Made by a program: the position numbers and the translations under genes. From Dehalococcoidia bacterium (GTDB taxonomy: Bacteria; Chloroflexota; Dehalococcoidia; Plut-88900), in contig OZ240219.1 of assembly GCA_965197645.1 (NCBI GenBank), forward strand, positions 448,001 to 512,000: a stretch of 64,000 bases of DNA, read 5' to 3'. The notes beneath the pieces were generated by a model. It was not told the DNA's origin and made no database searches. It was given only the letters and a program-made list of their open reading frames with translations. Shown here in pieces: positions 10,462-21,654 of the stretch (its first letter is position 1; every line of letters starts with the position of its first letter).

Positions 10462-12525
10462 ATGCGAGACTACAAGACCGAAGCTATCAGGAACGTCGTC
10501 CTTCTATCCCATAGCGGCGCCGGCAAGACCTCATTCTCCGAGGCAGCCCTCTTCAACTCCGGTGCTATCGGCCGCCTGGGCAGTGTGGACGCCGGCAACA
10601 CCACCTCAGACTACGAACCCGAGGAGATAAAGCGGGGGACGAGCATCCAGCACTCAGTCCTGCCCACCGAATGGAACAACACCAAGGTAAACATCATCGA
10701 CACCCCCGGTTACGCCGACTTCCTAGGTGAAGCCATAGCCGCCCTGAGGGTCGCCGATGCCGCCATCATAACCATCTGCGCCGCCTCGGGCGTAGAGGTC
10801 GGGACCGAGCTGATGTGGAAACACGTAGAAGCCGTGGAGCTCCCCGCCCTGATCATCCTGAACAAGATGGACCGGGATAACGCCAATTTCCGGAAGACGC
10901 TGGAAGAGGTGCAGGAGAAGCTGGGCCGAAAATGCACCGCCATCCAGATGCCTATGGGCGCCGAGGCGGATTTCAAGGGTGTGATAGACCTCATCTCGAT
11001 GAAGGCCTACGGCGCCGACGGCGCTGAAGAACCGGTCCCCGACGCCCTCTCCGGCGAAGCCCAGGACGCCCGCGACGAAATGATCGAGAACATCGCCGAG
11101 GTCAACGACGATCTGACTACCAAGTACCTGGAGGGCGAGGAGCTAACCGAAGACGAGCTTCAGGAGGGGCTGACCGAAGGCGCCAGAGCCGGCACCATCG
11201 TCCCAGTGATGGCGGCCTCGGCCCTCAAGAACCTGGGTGTGCACAGGGTGATGGACGCCATCTCGTCCTACCTTCCATCACCTCTCGATAGGCCTGCGCC
11301 CACCGGCCGGGACCTGGTCAACGATAGTGAGGTGAACCTGAGCGGAGATGGCAGCGCCCCCCTTTCAGCCCTCATCTTCAAGACCACCGCCGACCCTTAC
11401 GTCGGCAAGCTCTCTTACTTCCGAGTCTACTCCAACACACTGCACAGCGATTCCCAGGTCTGGAACTCCAACCGCTCTTCCGACGAGCGGATAGCCCAGC
11501 TCTTTACGCCTCGCGGGAAGACCCAGGAAAACGTGAGCCAGGTCGTAGCCGGCGACATCGGGGCCGTGGCCAAACTGGGAGAGGCTAATACCGGAGATAC
11601 GCTCTGCAACAAGGACCGACCCGTTGCCCTGGACAAGATCGATTTTCCGCCTTCCCTCTACAGCGTCGCCGTCACCGCCAGGACCAAGGCAGACGTGGAC
11701 AAGATGGGCTCCTCCCTGATCAAGCTGGTTGAGGAAGACCCCAGTCTCAAGCTGGAAAAGCAACCCGATACCGGAGAGATGGTTCTCACCGGCATGGGCG
11801 AAGCCCACGTAGACGTCACCGTACAGAAGCTCCAGAGGAAGTTCTCCGTGGCCGTCGACACCAAGACCCCGAAGGTGCCTTACAAGGAGACCATCGGCAA
11901 GGCCACGCAGGCGGAGTACAAGCACAAGAAGCAGACCGGCGGGCACGGGCAGTACGGCCACGTCATGATCAGGCTGGAACCCAAGGAGCGGGGTGGGGGA
12001 GTCGAATTCGCCCAGAAGGTGGTCGGCGGCAACGTACCGAAGAACTACATTCCCGCGGTGGAGAAGGGGATCATGGAGGCGGCCAAGGAGGGCGTCATAG
12101 CTCAGTTTCCCATGGTCGACGTCAAGGTGACCCTCTACGACGGCAGCTCTCACCCCGTAGACTCCTCCGATATGTCGTTCAAAATCGCCGGGTCCTTCGC
12201 CTTTAGAAAAGGAGCCGCCGAGGCGTCTCCAACCCTCCTGGAGCCAGTCATGAAGATGCAGATCACCGTTCCCGATAGCTACACCGGTGACGTCATCGGC
12301 GATCTGAACACCAAACGGGGCCGGGTGCAGGGCATGAACCCGGTCAACGGGATGACGGTGGTCGAGGCCGAAGCGCCCCTATCGGAGGTGGTGAAGTACG
12401 CCGTAGACCTGCGGTCCCTGACCCAGGGCCGAGGCACCTTTACTCAGGAGTTCATCCGCTACGACGAGGTGCCGGCCCACCTGGCCCAGAAGGTAGCCGA
12501 AGAGATGGCCGCGGCCGGCGGTTAG
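10462..12525 (+). CDS. elongation factor G-like protein (EF-G2 paralog)
   Basis: SHSGAGKT G1, DTPG, NKMD, KKQTGGHGQYGH, full five-domain EF-G layout; G1 diverges from canonical AHIDAGKTT. Confidence 0.93.
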   Translation: MRDYKTEAIRNVVLLSHSGAGKTSFSEAALFNSGAIGRLGSVDAGNTTSDYEPEEIKRGTSIQHSVLPTEWNNTKVNIIDTPGYADFLGEAIAALRVADAAIITICAASGVEVGTELMWKHVEAVELPALIILNKMDRDNANFRKTLEEVQEKLGRKCTAIQMPMGAEADFKGVIDLISMKAYGADGAEEPVPDALSGEAQDARDEMIENIAEVNDDLTTKYLEGEELTEDELQEGLTEGARAGTIVPVMAASALKNLGVHRVMDAISSYLPSPLDRPAPTGRDLVNDSEVNLSGDGSAPLSALIFKTTADPYVGKLSYFRVYSNTLHSDSQVWNSNRSSDERIAQLFTPRGKTQENVSQVVAGDIGAVAKLGEANTGDTLCNKDRPVALDKIDFPPSLYSVAVTARTKADVDKMGSSLIKLVEEDPSLKLEKQPDTGEMVLTGMGEAHVDVTVQKLQRKFSVAVDTKTPKVPYKETIGKATQAEYKHKKQTGGHGQYGHVMIRLEPKERGGGVEFAQKVVGGNVPKNYIPAVEKGIMEAAKEGVIAQFPMVDVKVTLYDGSSHPVDSSDMSFKIAGSFAFRKGAAEASPTLLEPVMKMQITVPDSYTGDVIGDLNTKRGRVQGMNPVNGMTVVEAEAPLSEVVKYAVDLRSLTQGRGTFTQEFIRYDEVPAHLAQKVAEEMAAAGG

Positions 12526-12611
12526 GATTCGAGCGCTTACCGGGTTTTCCCTCGGCGGGAACCGCCGTCGCTTCTTGCATCCCTGATCGAAGCTGTACAG
12601 AAGAACAAACT

Positions 12612-12648
12612 TAAAGGGTCTGAACCGGTGGCCGGTTCAGACCCTTTA
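12612..12648. terminator. bidirectional intrinsic terminator
   Basis: Perfect 17-bp stem TAAAGGGTCTGAACCGG-TGG-CCGGTTCAGACCCTTTA between convergent genes. Confidence 0.8.
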
Positions 12649-12674
12649 TCTATCGGATTCGGAAAAAAGAGCCG

Positions 12675-13112
12675 CTACCTGGGGGCCTCCCAGAGGGTGT
12701 AGTAGTTCTCCCCGGTTATCACGGCTGCCAGCTCGGCCTGGTCATGCTCCAGCAAGACCTCGAAGCAGTTCTCGCATTCGCGAATCGCCTGCTGCACGCC
12801 GGTAGAGGCCATCCGTTCGGATATTCGGTCCCATATACCCAGACGCTTCAGGCTGTTGACGTGTTTGGGCCAGGGAATGACTATAATGCTGTCCGGTTTG
12901 GGCAGCCTGGGCCTCATCCGTTTCAGCACCCGGAACCGCTCCTCTACCGAGTCTACCATGGGCACGACCTTGACCATTGGGCCGTCTTCAATATCGACTC
13001 TGGTGTCCAGGAGGAGCGTCTTCCTCAGCAGTGGGAAAAACAGCGAGATAACCTCGGAAGAGTCAATGTTTCGCACGATCTCGTCCATGTCAAATCGATA
13101 ATCGCCGTCCAT
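12675..13112 (-). CDS. hypothetical protein
   Basis: Clean ORF from MDGDYRF with protein-like composition; no family recognised. Confidence 0.75.
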   Translation of the reverse strand: MDGDYRFDMDEIVRNIDSSEVISLFFPLLRKTLLLDTRVDIEDGPMVKVVPMVDSVEERFRVLKRMRPRLPKPDSIIVIPWPKHVNSLKRLGIWDRISERMASTGVQQAIRECENCFEVLLEHDQAELAAVITGENYYTLWEAPR

Positions 13113-13214
13113 ATCGCCTAACCCCCTGCAGTCTAGGTATCGGTCCCTTCGGAAAGGAGCCGAGGTATAGCATCCCAAATTGAGGCCCCGATCAGGCCCC
13201 AATTTACGCCTAGA

Positions 13215-14216
13215 TTAAGACGAGAGCAACTCTTTTACCTTCTCGGCGAAGGCGGGCAGTACCTCTTTGAAATCGCCGACCGCACCGTACTGGGAATCCT
13301 TGAACACGTTGGCGTCCGCGTCCCGGTTGATGGCCACGATGACCTTGGAACCCAGGACGCCGGACATGTGCTGGCTGGCCCCGGACAATGCTACGGCTAC
13401 GTAAAGATCGGGACTAACGACCTTTCCGGTAATGCCTATCTGGACTGCCGGGGTGATGTACCCCGAGTCACAGGCCGCTCGGGTTGCGCCCACCATGCCG
13501 CCGAACAGTTTGGCCAGGTCCTCCAACTCGTTGAACGCATCGGCGCCGCCAAGCCCTCTGCCACCACCGATTATCACCGGGGCGTCCTCCAGCCTCATCC
13601 CCTCGGCCTGCGCCTCCACCCGGTCCACAACTTTGGCCCGAGCGGTGGAAGCGTCTACGCCGGGCGACCAGGACACGGTCTCTCCCGATCTCGAGTCGTC
13701 CCTCTCCAGCGGCGTCATCGTCTTGGCCCTGACCGTCGCCATCTGGGGCCGGGACGATTCCACAACCACCGTCGCCTGGGCGTTGCCGCCGTACACCGGC
13801 CGTGTTTGCACCATCAGCTTGGAGTCCGGATCGATGGACAGATCCGTGCAGTCGGTGCCAACGCCGGTGTCGAGCCGGAACGCCACTCTTGGCGCCAGCT
13901 CTCTGCCCTGGGCCGTATGTCCTACCAACAATATGTTCGGGGAAGCTTCATTGCAGAAATTGGCCGCTGCTGCTGTATAGGTATCAGCGTTGAACTCCTC
14001 CAGCGCCGGGTCCTCGCCCACGTAGACCTTGTCCGCTCCATGGGCGATCATCGCCTGAGCAGCATCGCCGGCCTGACCGGCCAGCACTACACCGATGACC
14101 TCTTCACCCAGTGCATCCGCCAGCTCTCGCGCCTTGCCCAGCATCTCCGTCGTCATGCCGCTGATGGAGCCGTCGGTGACTTCGGCAAGGACCGCTACCC
14201 CTGCGCTATCGGCCAT
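13215..14216 (-). CDS. etfA: electron transfer flavoprotein alpha subunit
   Basis: GGGRG, VGATRAACD, QIGITGK, SGASQH, AINRD. Confidence 0.96.
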   Translation of the reverse strand: MADSAGVAVLAEVTDGSISGMTTEMLGKARELADALGEEVIGVVLAGQAGDAAQAMIAHGADKVYVGEDPALEEFNADTYTAAAANFCNEASPNILLVGHTAQGRELAPRVAFRLDTGVGTDCTDLSIDPDSKLMVQTRPVYGGNAQATVVVESSRPQMATVRAKTMTPLERDDSRSGETVSWSPGVDASTARAKVVDRVEAQAEGMRLEDAPVIIGGGRGLGGADAFNELEDLAKLFGGMVGATRAACDSGYITPAVQIGITGKVVSPDLYVAVALSGASQHMSGVLGSKVIVAINRDADANVFKDSQYGAVGDFKEVLPAFAEKVKELLSS

Positions 14217-14248
14217 TTCTGTATCCTCCTGAGCATCGGTGCGGGTGA

Positions 14249-15049
14249 CTAGATTACTTTGGCTTCACGGAGCTTCAGCGCCAGGTTCGCTCCTATTTCG
14301 GCGCTCGACTCGCCTTCGATGAACTCGCACTGGGACACCTTTTCCGGCTGGTCCAGTTTGAGAAGCTTCACCTTGGCGCCGGAGGCACCTATCTTGGACG
14401 AATCCAGGCCCAGGTCCTGGGCACTCCAGACGGTGGGCTGCTTCCTGCCGGCGGCCATGATCCCTTTCAAGGTGGGATATCGGGGCTCGCCCAGCTCGTT
14501 GCTTACCGTGACGACGACGGGAGGACTGGCCTCTACGACTTCGTAGCCATCCGGTACCACCCGCTCTACGCGGACAGTCCCGTTCTCCATCTTGACGTCC
14601 CGGGCGAAGGTGATCACGGGCAGGCCCAGTATCTCGCCGACGCCCGAGCCCACCTGTCCGGCATCGAAGTCCGATGCCTGGCGACCGCAAATGACCACAT
14701 CGTACTCGCCGACTTTACTGATGGCCGCTGCCAGCGCGTGAGCTGTAGTATAGCTGTCTCCGTCCTCGAACGCATCGTCCTGCAGCAGGACCAGCTCGTC
14801 GGCGCCCATCGAAAGGGGCTTCTTGATAACGTCGGATACCAGGTCAGTGCCGAGGGCTATGGCAGTCACGGAACCATCGTTGGACTCTTTCAGCCTGAGA
14901 GCGGCCTCCACACCCTGCTCATCGTACCCATTGATGACGGGCGGTATGCCGGGACTGGGCACCAGCTTGTTCGATCCGGGATCGATCTTGAAGCTGGCGG
15001 CGGGCATTTGGGGATCTGGCACCTGTTTGACACAGACTATGATTTTCAC
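14249..15049 (-). CDS. etfB: electron transfer flavoprotein beta subunit
   Basis: KIIVCVKQVPD, SMGAD, CGRQASDFDAGQVG, EPRYP; GTG start at 15049. Confidence 0.96.
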   Translation of the reverse strand: MKIIVCVKQVPDPQMPAASFKIDPGSNKLVPSPGIPPVINGYDEQGVEAALRLKESNDGSVTAIALGTDLVSDVIKKPLSMGADELVLLQDDAFEDGDSYTTAHALAAAISKVGEYDVVICGRQASDFDAGQVGSGVGEILGLPVITFARDVKMENGTVRVERVVPDGYEVVEASPPVVVTVSNELGEPRYPTLKGIMAAGRKQPTVWSAQDLGLDSSKIGASGAKVKLLKLDQPEKVSQCEFIEGESSAEIGANLALKLREAKVI

Positions 15050-15136
15050 AGGAACAATCCTCCGCATCCGTTCAAGAGCATGGTTTGACCACCATCGTGT
15101 AAACCTGGGAGCTGAATGGAATGAATACTGGGAAAA

Positions 15137-15166
15137 ATTCTAGCACCCGCTAAATTCGGGTGTCAA
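15137..15166 (-). promoter_or_regulatory. sigma70-type promoter of etfBA
   Basis: TTGACA-18 bp-TAGAAT with extended TG. Confidence 0.6.
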
Positions 15167-15177
15167 GCAGAAATCGG

Positions 15178-17631
15178 CTACTTTGAAACAATATTCACAA
15201 GACGCCCGGGCACGTAGATAACTCTGTTCAGCGTCTTGCCGTCCAGCTGGGACTTTACCCGCTCGCTACCCAGCGCCAGCTCCTTGGCTTTCTCCTCCGT
15301 CACCTCGGCCGAGACCATAATCCGGTCTCTCACCTTCCCGTTGACCTGGATGACGAGGGTGATCTCCTCCTCCTTGGCCAGCTCCTCGTCCCAGTCGGGA
15401 AACGGCTGGTTGTGAATGCTGTAGGGGTGGCCCTTCTCTCCCCACAGCTCCTCGGCCAGATGAGGGGCCGTCGGGGCGAGAAGCGTCAGCAGAGACCCGA
15501 TGGCATTCCGCCATGTATCGGCCCCCACCGATTGCGCTTCCCACACCTTGCCCAGGTAGTTGGTCAGCTCCATCAAGCTGGCCAACATGGTGTTGAACCG
15601 GAACTGCTCCAGATCGTTGCTCACCTTCTTGATGGTGCGATGGACCACATGAAGCGTCTGCTTGACCGCCACATCATCGGTAGGGCTGCGGTCCATCTCC
15701 GCCGCGTCCAGCAACACCAGGTCCCACAACCGGTTGTACCAGCGTACTATGCCGTTGATTCCGGAGTCGCTCCACTCTCCTCCCTGGTCCCACGGCCCCA
15801 CGAACATCAGGTAGGCCCGGACCACGTCGGCGCCCAGCGTTTCCACGTACGGATCGGGGGTAATCACGTTCCCTCGTGACTTGCTCATCTTCTGCTTATC
15901 GGCCGCTATGACACCCTGATTGAACAGCCTGGTAAACGGCTCGTCGAAATCGACCAGCCCCATGTCCCGCAACGCCTTTATGAAGAACCGAGCGTAGAGC
16001 AGGTGCATGACGGCATGCTCGGCGCCTCCCGTGTACTGGTCCACGGGCATCCAGTGCTTCACCTTCTCGGCCTCAAAAGGACCCTGGTCGTAACCCGGCG
16101 AGGTGTACCGGATGAAGTACCAAGAGGAGCACATGAACGTGTCCATCGTGTCCGTCTCCCGGCGAGCGGGAGACTGGCACTTGGGGCAGGTGGTGTTGAC
16201 GAATCCTTCGTGGTACTTGAGAGGCGATTCCCCGGTGGGTCGGAACTCGGCGTCTTCGGGGAGCAGGACGGGCAGGTCCTCCTCGGGTACCGGCACCACG
16301 CCGCAGCCCTCGCAGTAGACCATGGGTATGGGCGCTCCCCAGTATCGCTGCCTAGATATCAGCCAGTCTCTCAGCCTGTACGAAATCGTCCGGTTGCCGA
16401 AGCCCGATTTTTCCGCTTCCTCGGCTATCGCACTCTTGCCCTCATCGCTGGTCCGGTCGTCGAACCTGCCCGAGTTGACCATGGTGCCCGGTTCAGTGTA
16501 AGCCTCTTCCAGCTCTTCGCCGCCGTACCCTTCCGGAGCGATCACCGTTTTGATGGTGAGATCGTACTTTTTGGCGAAGGCGAAGTCCCGGGTGTCGTGG
16601 GCGGGGACTCCCATCACCGCCCCGGTTCCATAGGTGAGCAGGGCATAGTCAGCGATGAAGACGGGCACACGATCGCCGTTGAGCCTGTTGACACAGTAGG
16701 CCCCGATAAAGACCCCGGTCTTCTCCTGGTCCTGGGACAGGCGCTCCACTTCCGTTGCCCTACGAGCATTCTCCACGTAGGCCTCTACGTTGGCCCTCCT
16801 GTCATCGGTGGTGAGCTTGTCCACCAGCGGGTGCTCCGGAGCAAGCACCATGAAGGTCACCCCGAAAATGGTGTCGGGGCGGGTGGTGAAAACGCGGATC
16901 TCCTTCTCCTCCAGCCCGTACTCTTCTATGCCGAAGCCTATCTCGACGCCTTCACTCCGGCCTATCCAGTTGGTCTGCATCGTCTTGATGCGTTCCGGCC
17001 ATTGGATGCCGCCGAACTCCAGCAGCTCGTCGGCGTACTTAGTGATGCGGAAGAACCACTGCTCCAGGTCCCGATGGGTAACCTCGGCGCCGCAACGCTC
17101 GCACGTGCCGTCGCCCAGCACCTGCTCGTTGGCCAGCACCGTCTTACAGCCCGGACACCAGTTGGCGGGGGCCTGGTCACGGTAGGCCAGATCATGATGG
17201 TGGAGCTGGAGGAACAGCCACTGGGTCCACTTGTAATACTCGGGGAGCGAGGTTATCGCTTCCTTGGACCAGTCGTAGATGGCGCCGATAGTCTTGAGCT
17301 GCTCGCGCATATTCTCGACGTTATCCATCGTCCACTTGTGGGGATGGATGCCGTGGCGTATCGCAGCGTTCTCGGCGGGGAGTCCAAATGCATCGAAGCC
17401 CATGGGATGGAGGACGTTGTACCCCTTCATGCGAAGGAACCGGGCGTGGGCGTCCGAGGGCGCCATCACGTACCAGTGGCCAATGTGCAGGTCCCCCGAG
17501 GTGTAGGGAAGCATGGTGAGGTCATACCACTTGGGCTTGGACGGGTCCTCGGTGACCTCGTACAGCTTGTCTTCGGCCCACCGCCGCTGCCACTTCCTCT
17601 CTATCTCCTGGGGGTTATATCTCAGCGCCAT
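15178..17631 (-). CDS. leuS: leucine--tRNA ligase
   Basis: HIGH and KMSKS motifs, FTTRPDT editing domain, DWLISRQRYWG. Confidence 0.99.
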   Translation of the reverse strand: MALRYNPQEIERKWQRRWAEDKLYEVTEDPSKPKWYDLTMLPYTSGDLHIGHWYVMAPSDAHARFLRMKGYNVLHPMGFDAFGLPAENAAIRHGIHPHKWTMDNVENMREQLKTIGAIYDWSKEAITSLPEYYKWTQWLFLQLHHHDLAYRDQAPANWCPGCKTVLANEQVLGDGTCERCGAEVTHRDLEQWFFRITKYADELLEFGGIQWPERIKTMQTNWIGRSEGVEIGFGIEEYGLEEKEIRVFTTRPDTIFGVTFMVLAPEHPLVDKLTTDDRRANVEAYVENARRATEVERLSQDQEKTGVFIGAYCVNRLNGDRVPVFIADYALLTYGTGAVMGVPAHDTRDFAFAKKYDLTIKTVIAPEGYGGEELEEAYTEPGTMVNSGRFDDRTSDEGKSAIAEEAEKSGFGNRTISYRLRDWLISRQRYWGAPIPMVYCEGCGVVPVPEEDLPVLLPEDAEFRPTGESPLKYHEGFVNTTCPKCQSPARRETDTMDTFMCSSWYFIRYTSPGYDQGPFEAEKVKHWMPVDQYTGGAEHAVMHLLYARFFIKALRDMGLVDFDEPFTRLFNQGVIAADKQKMSKSRGNVITPDPYVETLGADVVRAYLMFVGPWDQGGEWSDSGINGIVRWYNRLWDLVLLDAAEMDRSPTDDVAVKQTLHVVHRTIKKVSNDLEQFRFNTMLASLMELTNYLGKVWEAQSVGADTWRNAIGSLLTLLAPTAPHLAEELWGEKGHPYSIHNQPFPDWDEELAKEEEITLVIQVNGKVRDRIMVSAEVTEEKAKELALGSERVKSQLDGKTLNRVIYVPGRLVNIVSK

Positions 17632-17863
17632 CTGTGTTTCTTTGCGTTATTTATTTTTCTCTGTCCCCTAGGGGACACGCCTTGGCCTTTTAAGTTAGCA
17701 CCAGCCCGAATACCTTGCAAGCAGCCGGAGCGCGTTGGGATCATCAGGAAATTGGGCGCTCTCCGTCATTCGGTGCAATGGGCCCAGGCGCGTTCCTCGG
17801 CCGCCCCTCTGCTATAATTGACCTCGCTCACGACGAATCATTCTAGCCACCGAGGTACCGCCG

Positions 17864-19267
17864 ATGCCCCCCAAGACGATGTTCAAGAAGATCTGGGAGA
17901 CCCACGTGGTTCACCAGGAAGCCAATCAGGACCCCATCCTGTACGTGGACCTTCACCTCGTCCACGAAGTCACCTCTCCCCAAGCCTTCGAGGGTCTCCG
18001 GCTGGCCGGCCGCCAGGTCCGAAGACCCGAGCTAACCATCGCCACTGTTGATCATAACGTGCCGACCACCGATCGCTCCCTGCCCATTAAGGACGAGATC
18101 TCCGCCCGGCAGATCCATGCCATGAACAGTAACGCCAAGGACTTCGGCGTCACCCTGTACGACATCCACAGCGACGGCCAAGGCATCATTCACGTCATCG
18201 GCCCCGAGCACGGCTACACCCAGCCCGGCAAGCTGATCGTGTGCGGCGATAGCCACACCTCCACCCACGGCGCCTTCGGCGCCATCGCCCTCGGCATCGG
18301 TTCCACCCAGGTCGAGCATGTGCTGGCGACCCAGTGCATCGTGCAGTCCTCGTTGAACACTATGGAGATACGTGTCGAGGGAGAGCTCCCCAACGGCGTC
18401 ACGGCCAAAGACGTGATCCTCGGCATTATCGGCCGCATCGGGGTGGATGGGGCTCGAGGCCACGCCGTCGAGTACACCGGCTCCGCTATCCGTGACCTGT
18501 CGATGGAAGGCCGTATGACCGTGTGCAACATGTCCATCGAGGCCGGCGCCCGCATTGGGATGGTCGCCCCCGATGAAAAGACTTTCGAATATCTCGAAGG
18601 CCGCCGGTTCGCTCCCCAGGGAGACGCCTGGGACGAGGCCGTCCAACACTGGAGCGGTCTCCCCTCCGATGAAGGGGCCGTATACGACCGTGTGGTCGAG
18701 ATAGACGCTTCGGAGCTTCAGCCCTACGTCACCTGGGGCACCAACCCCGGCATGGTCGCCCCCGTCACCGATTCGATCCCCAACCCCGAAGCGCAGCCCT
18801 CCGCCGCAGACCGTGAAGCGACGGAACGGGCCCTGGAGTACATGGACCTGCAGCCCGGCACGCCCATCCGGGACATACCCCTGGACCGGGTGTTCATCGG
18901 CTCCTGCACCAACTCCCGCATCGACGACCTTCGAGCGGCCGCAGAGCTGATAAAGGGCCGGAAGGTAGACCCCAAGGTGCTCGCTCTCGTCGTACCAGGC
19001 TCGTGGATGATCAAGGCCCAGGCGGAACAGGAAGGCTTGGACCAGGTCTTCAAAGAGGCCGGCTTCCAGTGGCGAGAGGCCGGCTGCTCCATGTGCTTGG
19101 GCATGAACCCCGACATCCTCAGCCCTGGCGAGCGCTGCGCCTCCACCTCCAACCGTAACTTCGAGGGCCGCCAAGGCAAGGGGGGACGCACCCACTTGGT
19201 CAGCCCCCAGATGGCCGCCGCCGCCGCCATCGCCGGCCACTTCGTGGACGTCCGGGACTGGGAGTAA
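17864..19267 (+). CDS. leuC: 3-isopropylmalate dehydratase large subunit
   Basis: [45 protein letters not shown]. Confidence 0.99.
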   Translation: MPPKTMFKKIWETHVVHQEANQDPILYVDLHLVHEVTSPQAFEGLRLAGRQVRRPELTIATVDHNVPTTDRSLPIKDEISARQIHAMNSNAKDFGVTLYDIHSDGQGIIHVIGPEHGYTQPGKLIVCGDSHTSTHGAFGAIALGIGSTQVEHVLATQCIVQSSLNTMEIRVEGELPNGVTAKDVILGIIGRIGVDGARGHAVEYTGSAIRDLSMEGRMTVCNMSIEAGARIGMVAPDEKTFEYLEGRRFAPQGDAWDEAVQHWSGLPSDEGAVYDRVVEIDASELQPYVTWGTNPGMVAPVTDSIPNPEAQPSAADREATERALEYMDLQPGTPIRDIPLDRVFIGSCTNSRIDDLRAAAELIKGRKVDPKVLALVVPGSWMIKAQAEQEGLDQVFKEAGFQWREAGCSMCLGMNPDILSPGERCASTSNRNFEGRQGKGGRTHLVSPQMAAAAAIAGHFVDVRDWE

Positions 19268-19308
19268 GCACGGTTTACCACCAGCCCAACCGCCTCAAGG
19301 AGATGTAA

Positions 19309-19920
19309 ATGCAACCCTTCACCAAGCTCACCAGCGTAGTGGCCGCCCTAGATAGGCCCAACGTCGACACCGACCAGATATGCCCTGCCCAGTTCCTCAA
19401 ACGCATCGAGCGTACCGGGTTCGGCCAGTTCCTGTTCCACACCTGGCGTCAGCTGGCCGATGGCTCTTCCAATCCAGATTTCGAGCTGAACAACCCCGCC
19501 TATAAAGACGCAGGCATCCTCGTTGCCGGTCGTAACTTCGGCTCCGGGTCCTCGCGTGAGCACGCCGTGTGGGCCCTGTACGACGCCGGATTCCACGTAG
19601 TAATCTCGTCCGGCCTCGCCGAGATCTTCCACAAGAACTGCTTTGAAAACGGCCTCTGCCCGGTGATCCTGCCCGAAGACCAGGTAGCGCAGATCATGGG
19701 CAGAGCCAAGGAGTCGCCGGGCTTTAAGCTGACGGTGGACCTGGAGGCGTGTGAAGTATCTGACGACGAGGGTCTCCGCTTTCCCTTCGTCGTCCACACC
19801 GATCCCCAGACCCATGATTACCGCAGGCACTGCCTGCTCAACGGCATCGATGAGATAGGCCTGACCCTGCAGCAGGAGGACAAGATTCTAGCCTACGAAA
19901 AACAGCACGGCCTTGTTTGA
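19309..19920 (+). CDS. leuD: 3-isopropylmalate dehydratase small subunit
   Basis: NVDTDQI, NFGSGSSREHAVWAL, LLNGIDEIGLTL. Confidence 0.98.
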   Translation: MQPFTKLTSVVAALDRPNVDTDQICPAQFLKRIERTGFGQFLFHTWRQLADGSSNPDFELNNPAYKDAGILVAGRNFGSGSSREHAVWALYDAGFHVVISSGLAEIFHKNCFENGLCPVILPEDQVAQIMGRAKESPGFKLTVDLEACEVSDDEGLRFPFVVHTDPQTHDYRRHCLLNGIDEIGLTLQQEDKILAYEKQHGLV

Positions 19921-20056
19921 TTGTCCAATACTGTCGTTCCATCACACAAAACGAGAGGCATAGCTAGACCTCCGGGCCGCTTCGGAGACCGGAATCGCGA
20001 GGAACACCGAGCAGAGTACCCCGCAGGTCTTCGAGCAATAGATCCCACCCGATGTC

Positions 20057-21535
20057 ATGAACTGGCGAGAAGAATATAAACGCAAGCTCGGGTCGGCGGA
20101 GGACGCCGCTCGCCTGGTCAGGCCCGGCGATCACCTACACACCGGTCTGTTGCCCATGCCTCGGCTCATAGCCGACGCCATCTCCGCCCGCCGCGAGGAG
20201 CTGGGACAACTCCGGATTACCATGGTGGAGCCCGAATACGACCCGGGCTTTCTAGATTCGGGCTGGGAGGAGAAAGCCCCCGTCACCGTGGAAATCCACA
20301 TCGGCTCGGTGGCCGTAGGCGCCCTGGACGAAAGGCGCATCGATTACTCTCCCGTCCTGTTCAACACCTGGTTCAAGCCGTTCCACGAGCCGAACCGAGA
20401 CCTTGCCCCGCCCGACGTCTTGATCTGTACCGTCTCGCCTCCCGACGAAAACGGCTACTGCAGCTTCGGGGCGGACCTGTGGAACAAGAAGACCTTCGCC
20501 TCGTTGTCCAGGACCGTTCTGGTCGAGGTGGATGCCAACTTTATCCGCACCTATGGCGAGAACTACATACACGTCTCGGAGATCGGTGCCTTCGTCGAGA
20601 ATACCCCCACCATGATGACCGACGATGAGGTCGAAGAGATAGTAGGCGACGTCGAAGAACCCGACCGAAGGGAAGAACTACGCAAGATAGCTTTCGGCAT
20701 GGAGGCCGAGCGGCGTCGGGAATTCGTGCCCCAGCTTGCCACCCTGGAGCTGTCCCAGATGCGCAGCTGGGCCGCCTTCTACGCCGGCCTCTCGGACCCG
20801 GGGCCCGATGTGCGGCGAATGGCCGGCTACGTCTCTGAACTGGTCCCCGATGGCGCCACCATCCAGATAGGCGCCGGCACCCCCAGCACCCTCCTCCCCA
20901 CCCTTGGCGCCTTCGATGACAAACGAGACCTGGGCATCCACTCGGAGATGGCGGCCCCGGGGCTGATCGATCTCGTCGAAAGAGGGATCGTCACCGGGGC
21001 GCACACCAAGACCCATCCGGGCCGGGCCCGGCTGTCAGCCCTGACCGCAACCACAATTCGCGAGCAGAAGTGGGCCGACAACAACCCCATGGTCGAGCTT
21101 CTCGAGTCCCAGAACGTGGTCAAGATCCAGGACGTCGCCGCCATCGACAACATGGTCACCATCAACAACGCCCTGTCCATCGATCTCAGCGGGCAGATCA
21201 ACTCCGAGACCGTCTTTGGGGGCAGGCTGGTGGCCGGTACCGGCGGCCAGACGGAGCTGCACATGGGAGCCGTCCTTTCCAAGGGCGGAAGAGGTATAAT
21301 CCTGCTCCGTTCCACCGCCTTGGGAGGATCCATGTCCCGCATAGTGCCCCATCACGAGACGGGCGCTGTGGTCACCATTCCCCGTACCTACGCCGACACC
21401 GTGGTCACCGAGTACGGAGTGGCACAGCTTCTGGGCAAGTCGATACGGGAACGGGCCGAGGAGCTTATCGCCGTTGCCCACCCCGATTTCCGCTCGGACC
21501 TTCGGAAGAAGGCCCAAGAGCTGCTGTACCCCTAG
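20057..21535 (+). CDS. acetyl-CoA hydrolase/4-hydroxybutyrate CoA-transferase family protein
   Basis: VSPPDENGYCSFG, TIQIGAG, LGIHSEM, GTGGQ, VVTEYGVA, IAVAHPDFR. Confidence 0.92.
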   Translation: MNWREEYKRKLGSAEDAARLVRPGDHLHTGLLPMPRLIADAISARREELGQLRITMVEPEYDPGFLDSGWEEKAPVTVEIHIGSVAVGALDERRIDYSPVLFNTWFKPFHEPNRDLAPPDVLICTVSPPDENGYCSFGADLWNKKTFASLSRTVLVEVDANFIRTYGENYIHVSEIGAFVENTPTMMTDDEVEEIVGDVEEPDRREELRKIAFGMEAERRREFVPQLATLELSQMRSWAAFYAGLSDPGPDVRRMAGYVSELVPDGATIQIGAGTPSTLLPTLGAFDDKRDLGIHSEMAAPGLIDLVERGIVTGAHTKTHPGRARLSALTATTIREQKWADNNPMVELLESQNVVKIQDVAAIDNMVTINNALSIDLSGQINSETVFGGRLVAGTGGQTELHMGAVLSKGGRGIILLRSTALGGSMSRIVPHHETGAVVTIPRTYADTVVTEYGVAQLLGKSIRERAEELIAVAHPDFRSDLRKKAQELLYP

Positions 21536-21654
21536 CCCCCGCGTCGTTCCAACCCGTCCTTCGAAACACCCGGCGCAAACAGGCGGGCGCGACTCTCCTA
21601 AACCGGGCCGGCAAGAAGAATGTTAAAGATGGACTGGCAAGAGGGATGCCAAAA

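Noticed and set aside
10462-12525. Divergent EF-G as a novelty
   Set aside because: EF-G2 paralogs outside the str operon are well known
17632-17863. T-box or leucine attenuator between leuS and leuC
   Set aside because: Leaders are too short; no T-box AAGGTGGTACC-like motif or Leu-rich leader peptide seen
21070-21654. N-terminal extension making a 688-aa ORF
   Set aside because: Overlaps the upstream paralog out of frame; true start is MDWQEEY at 21655
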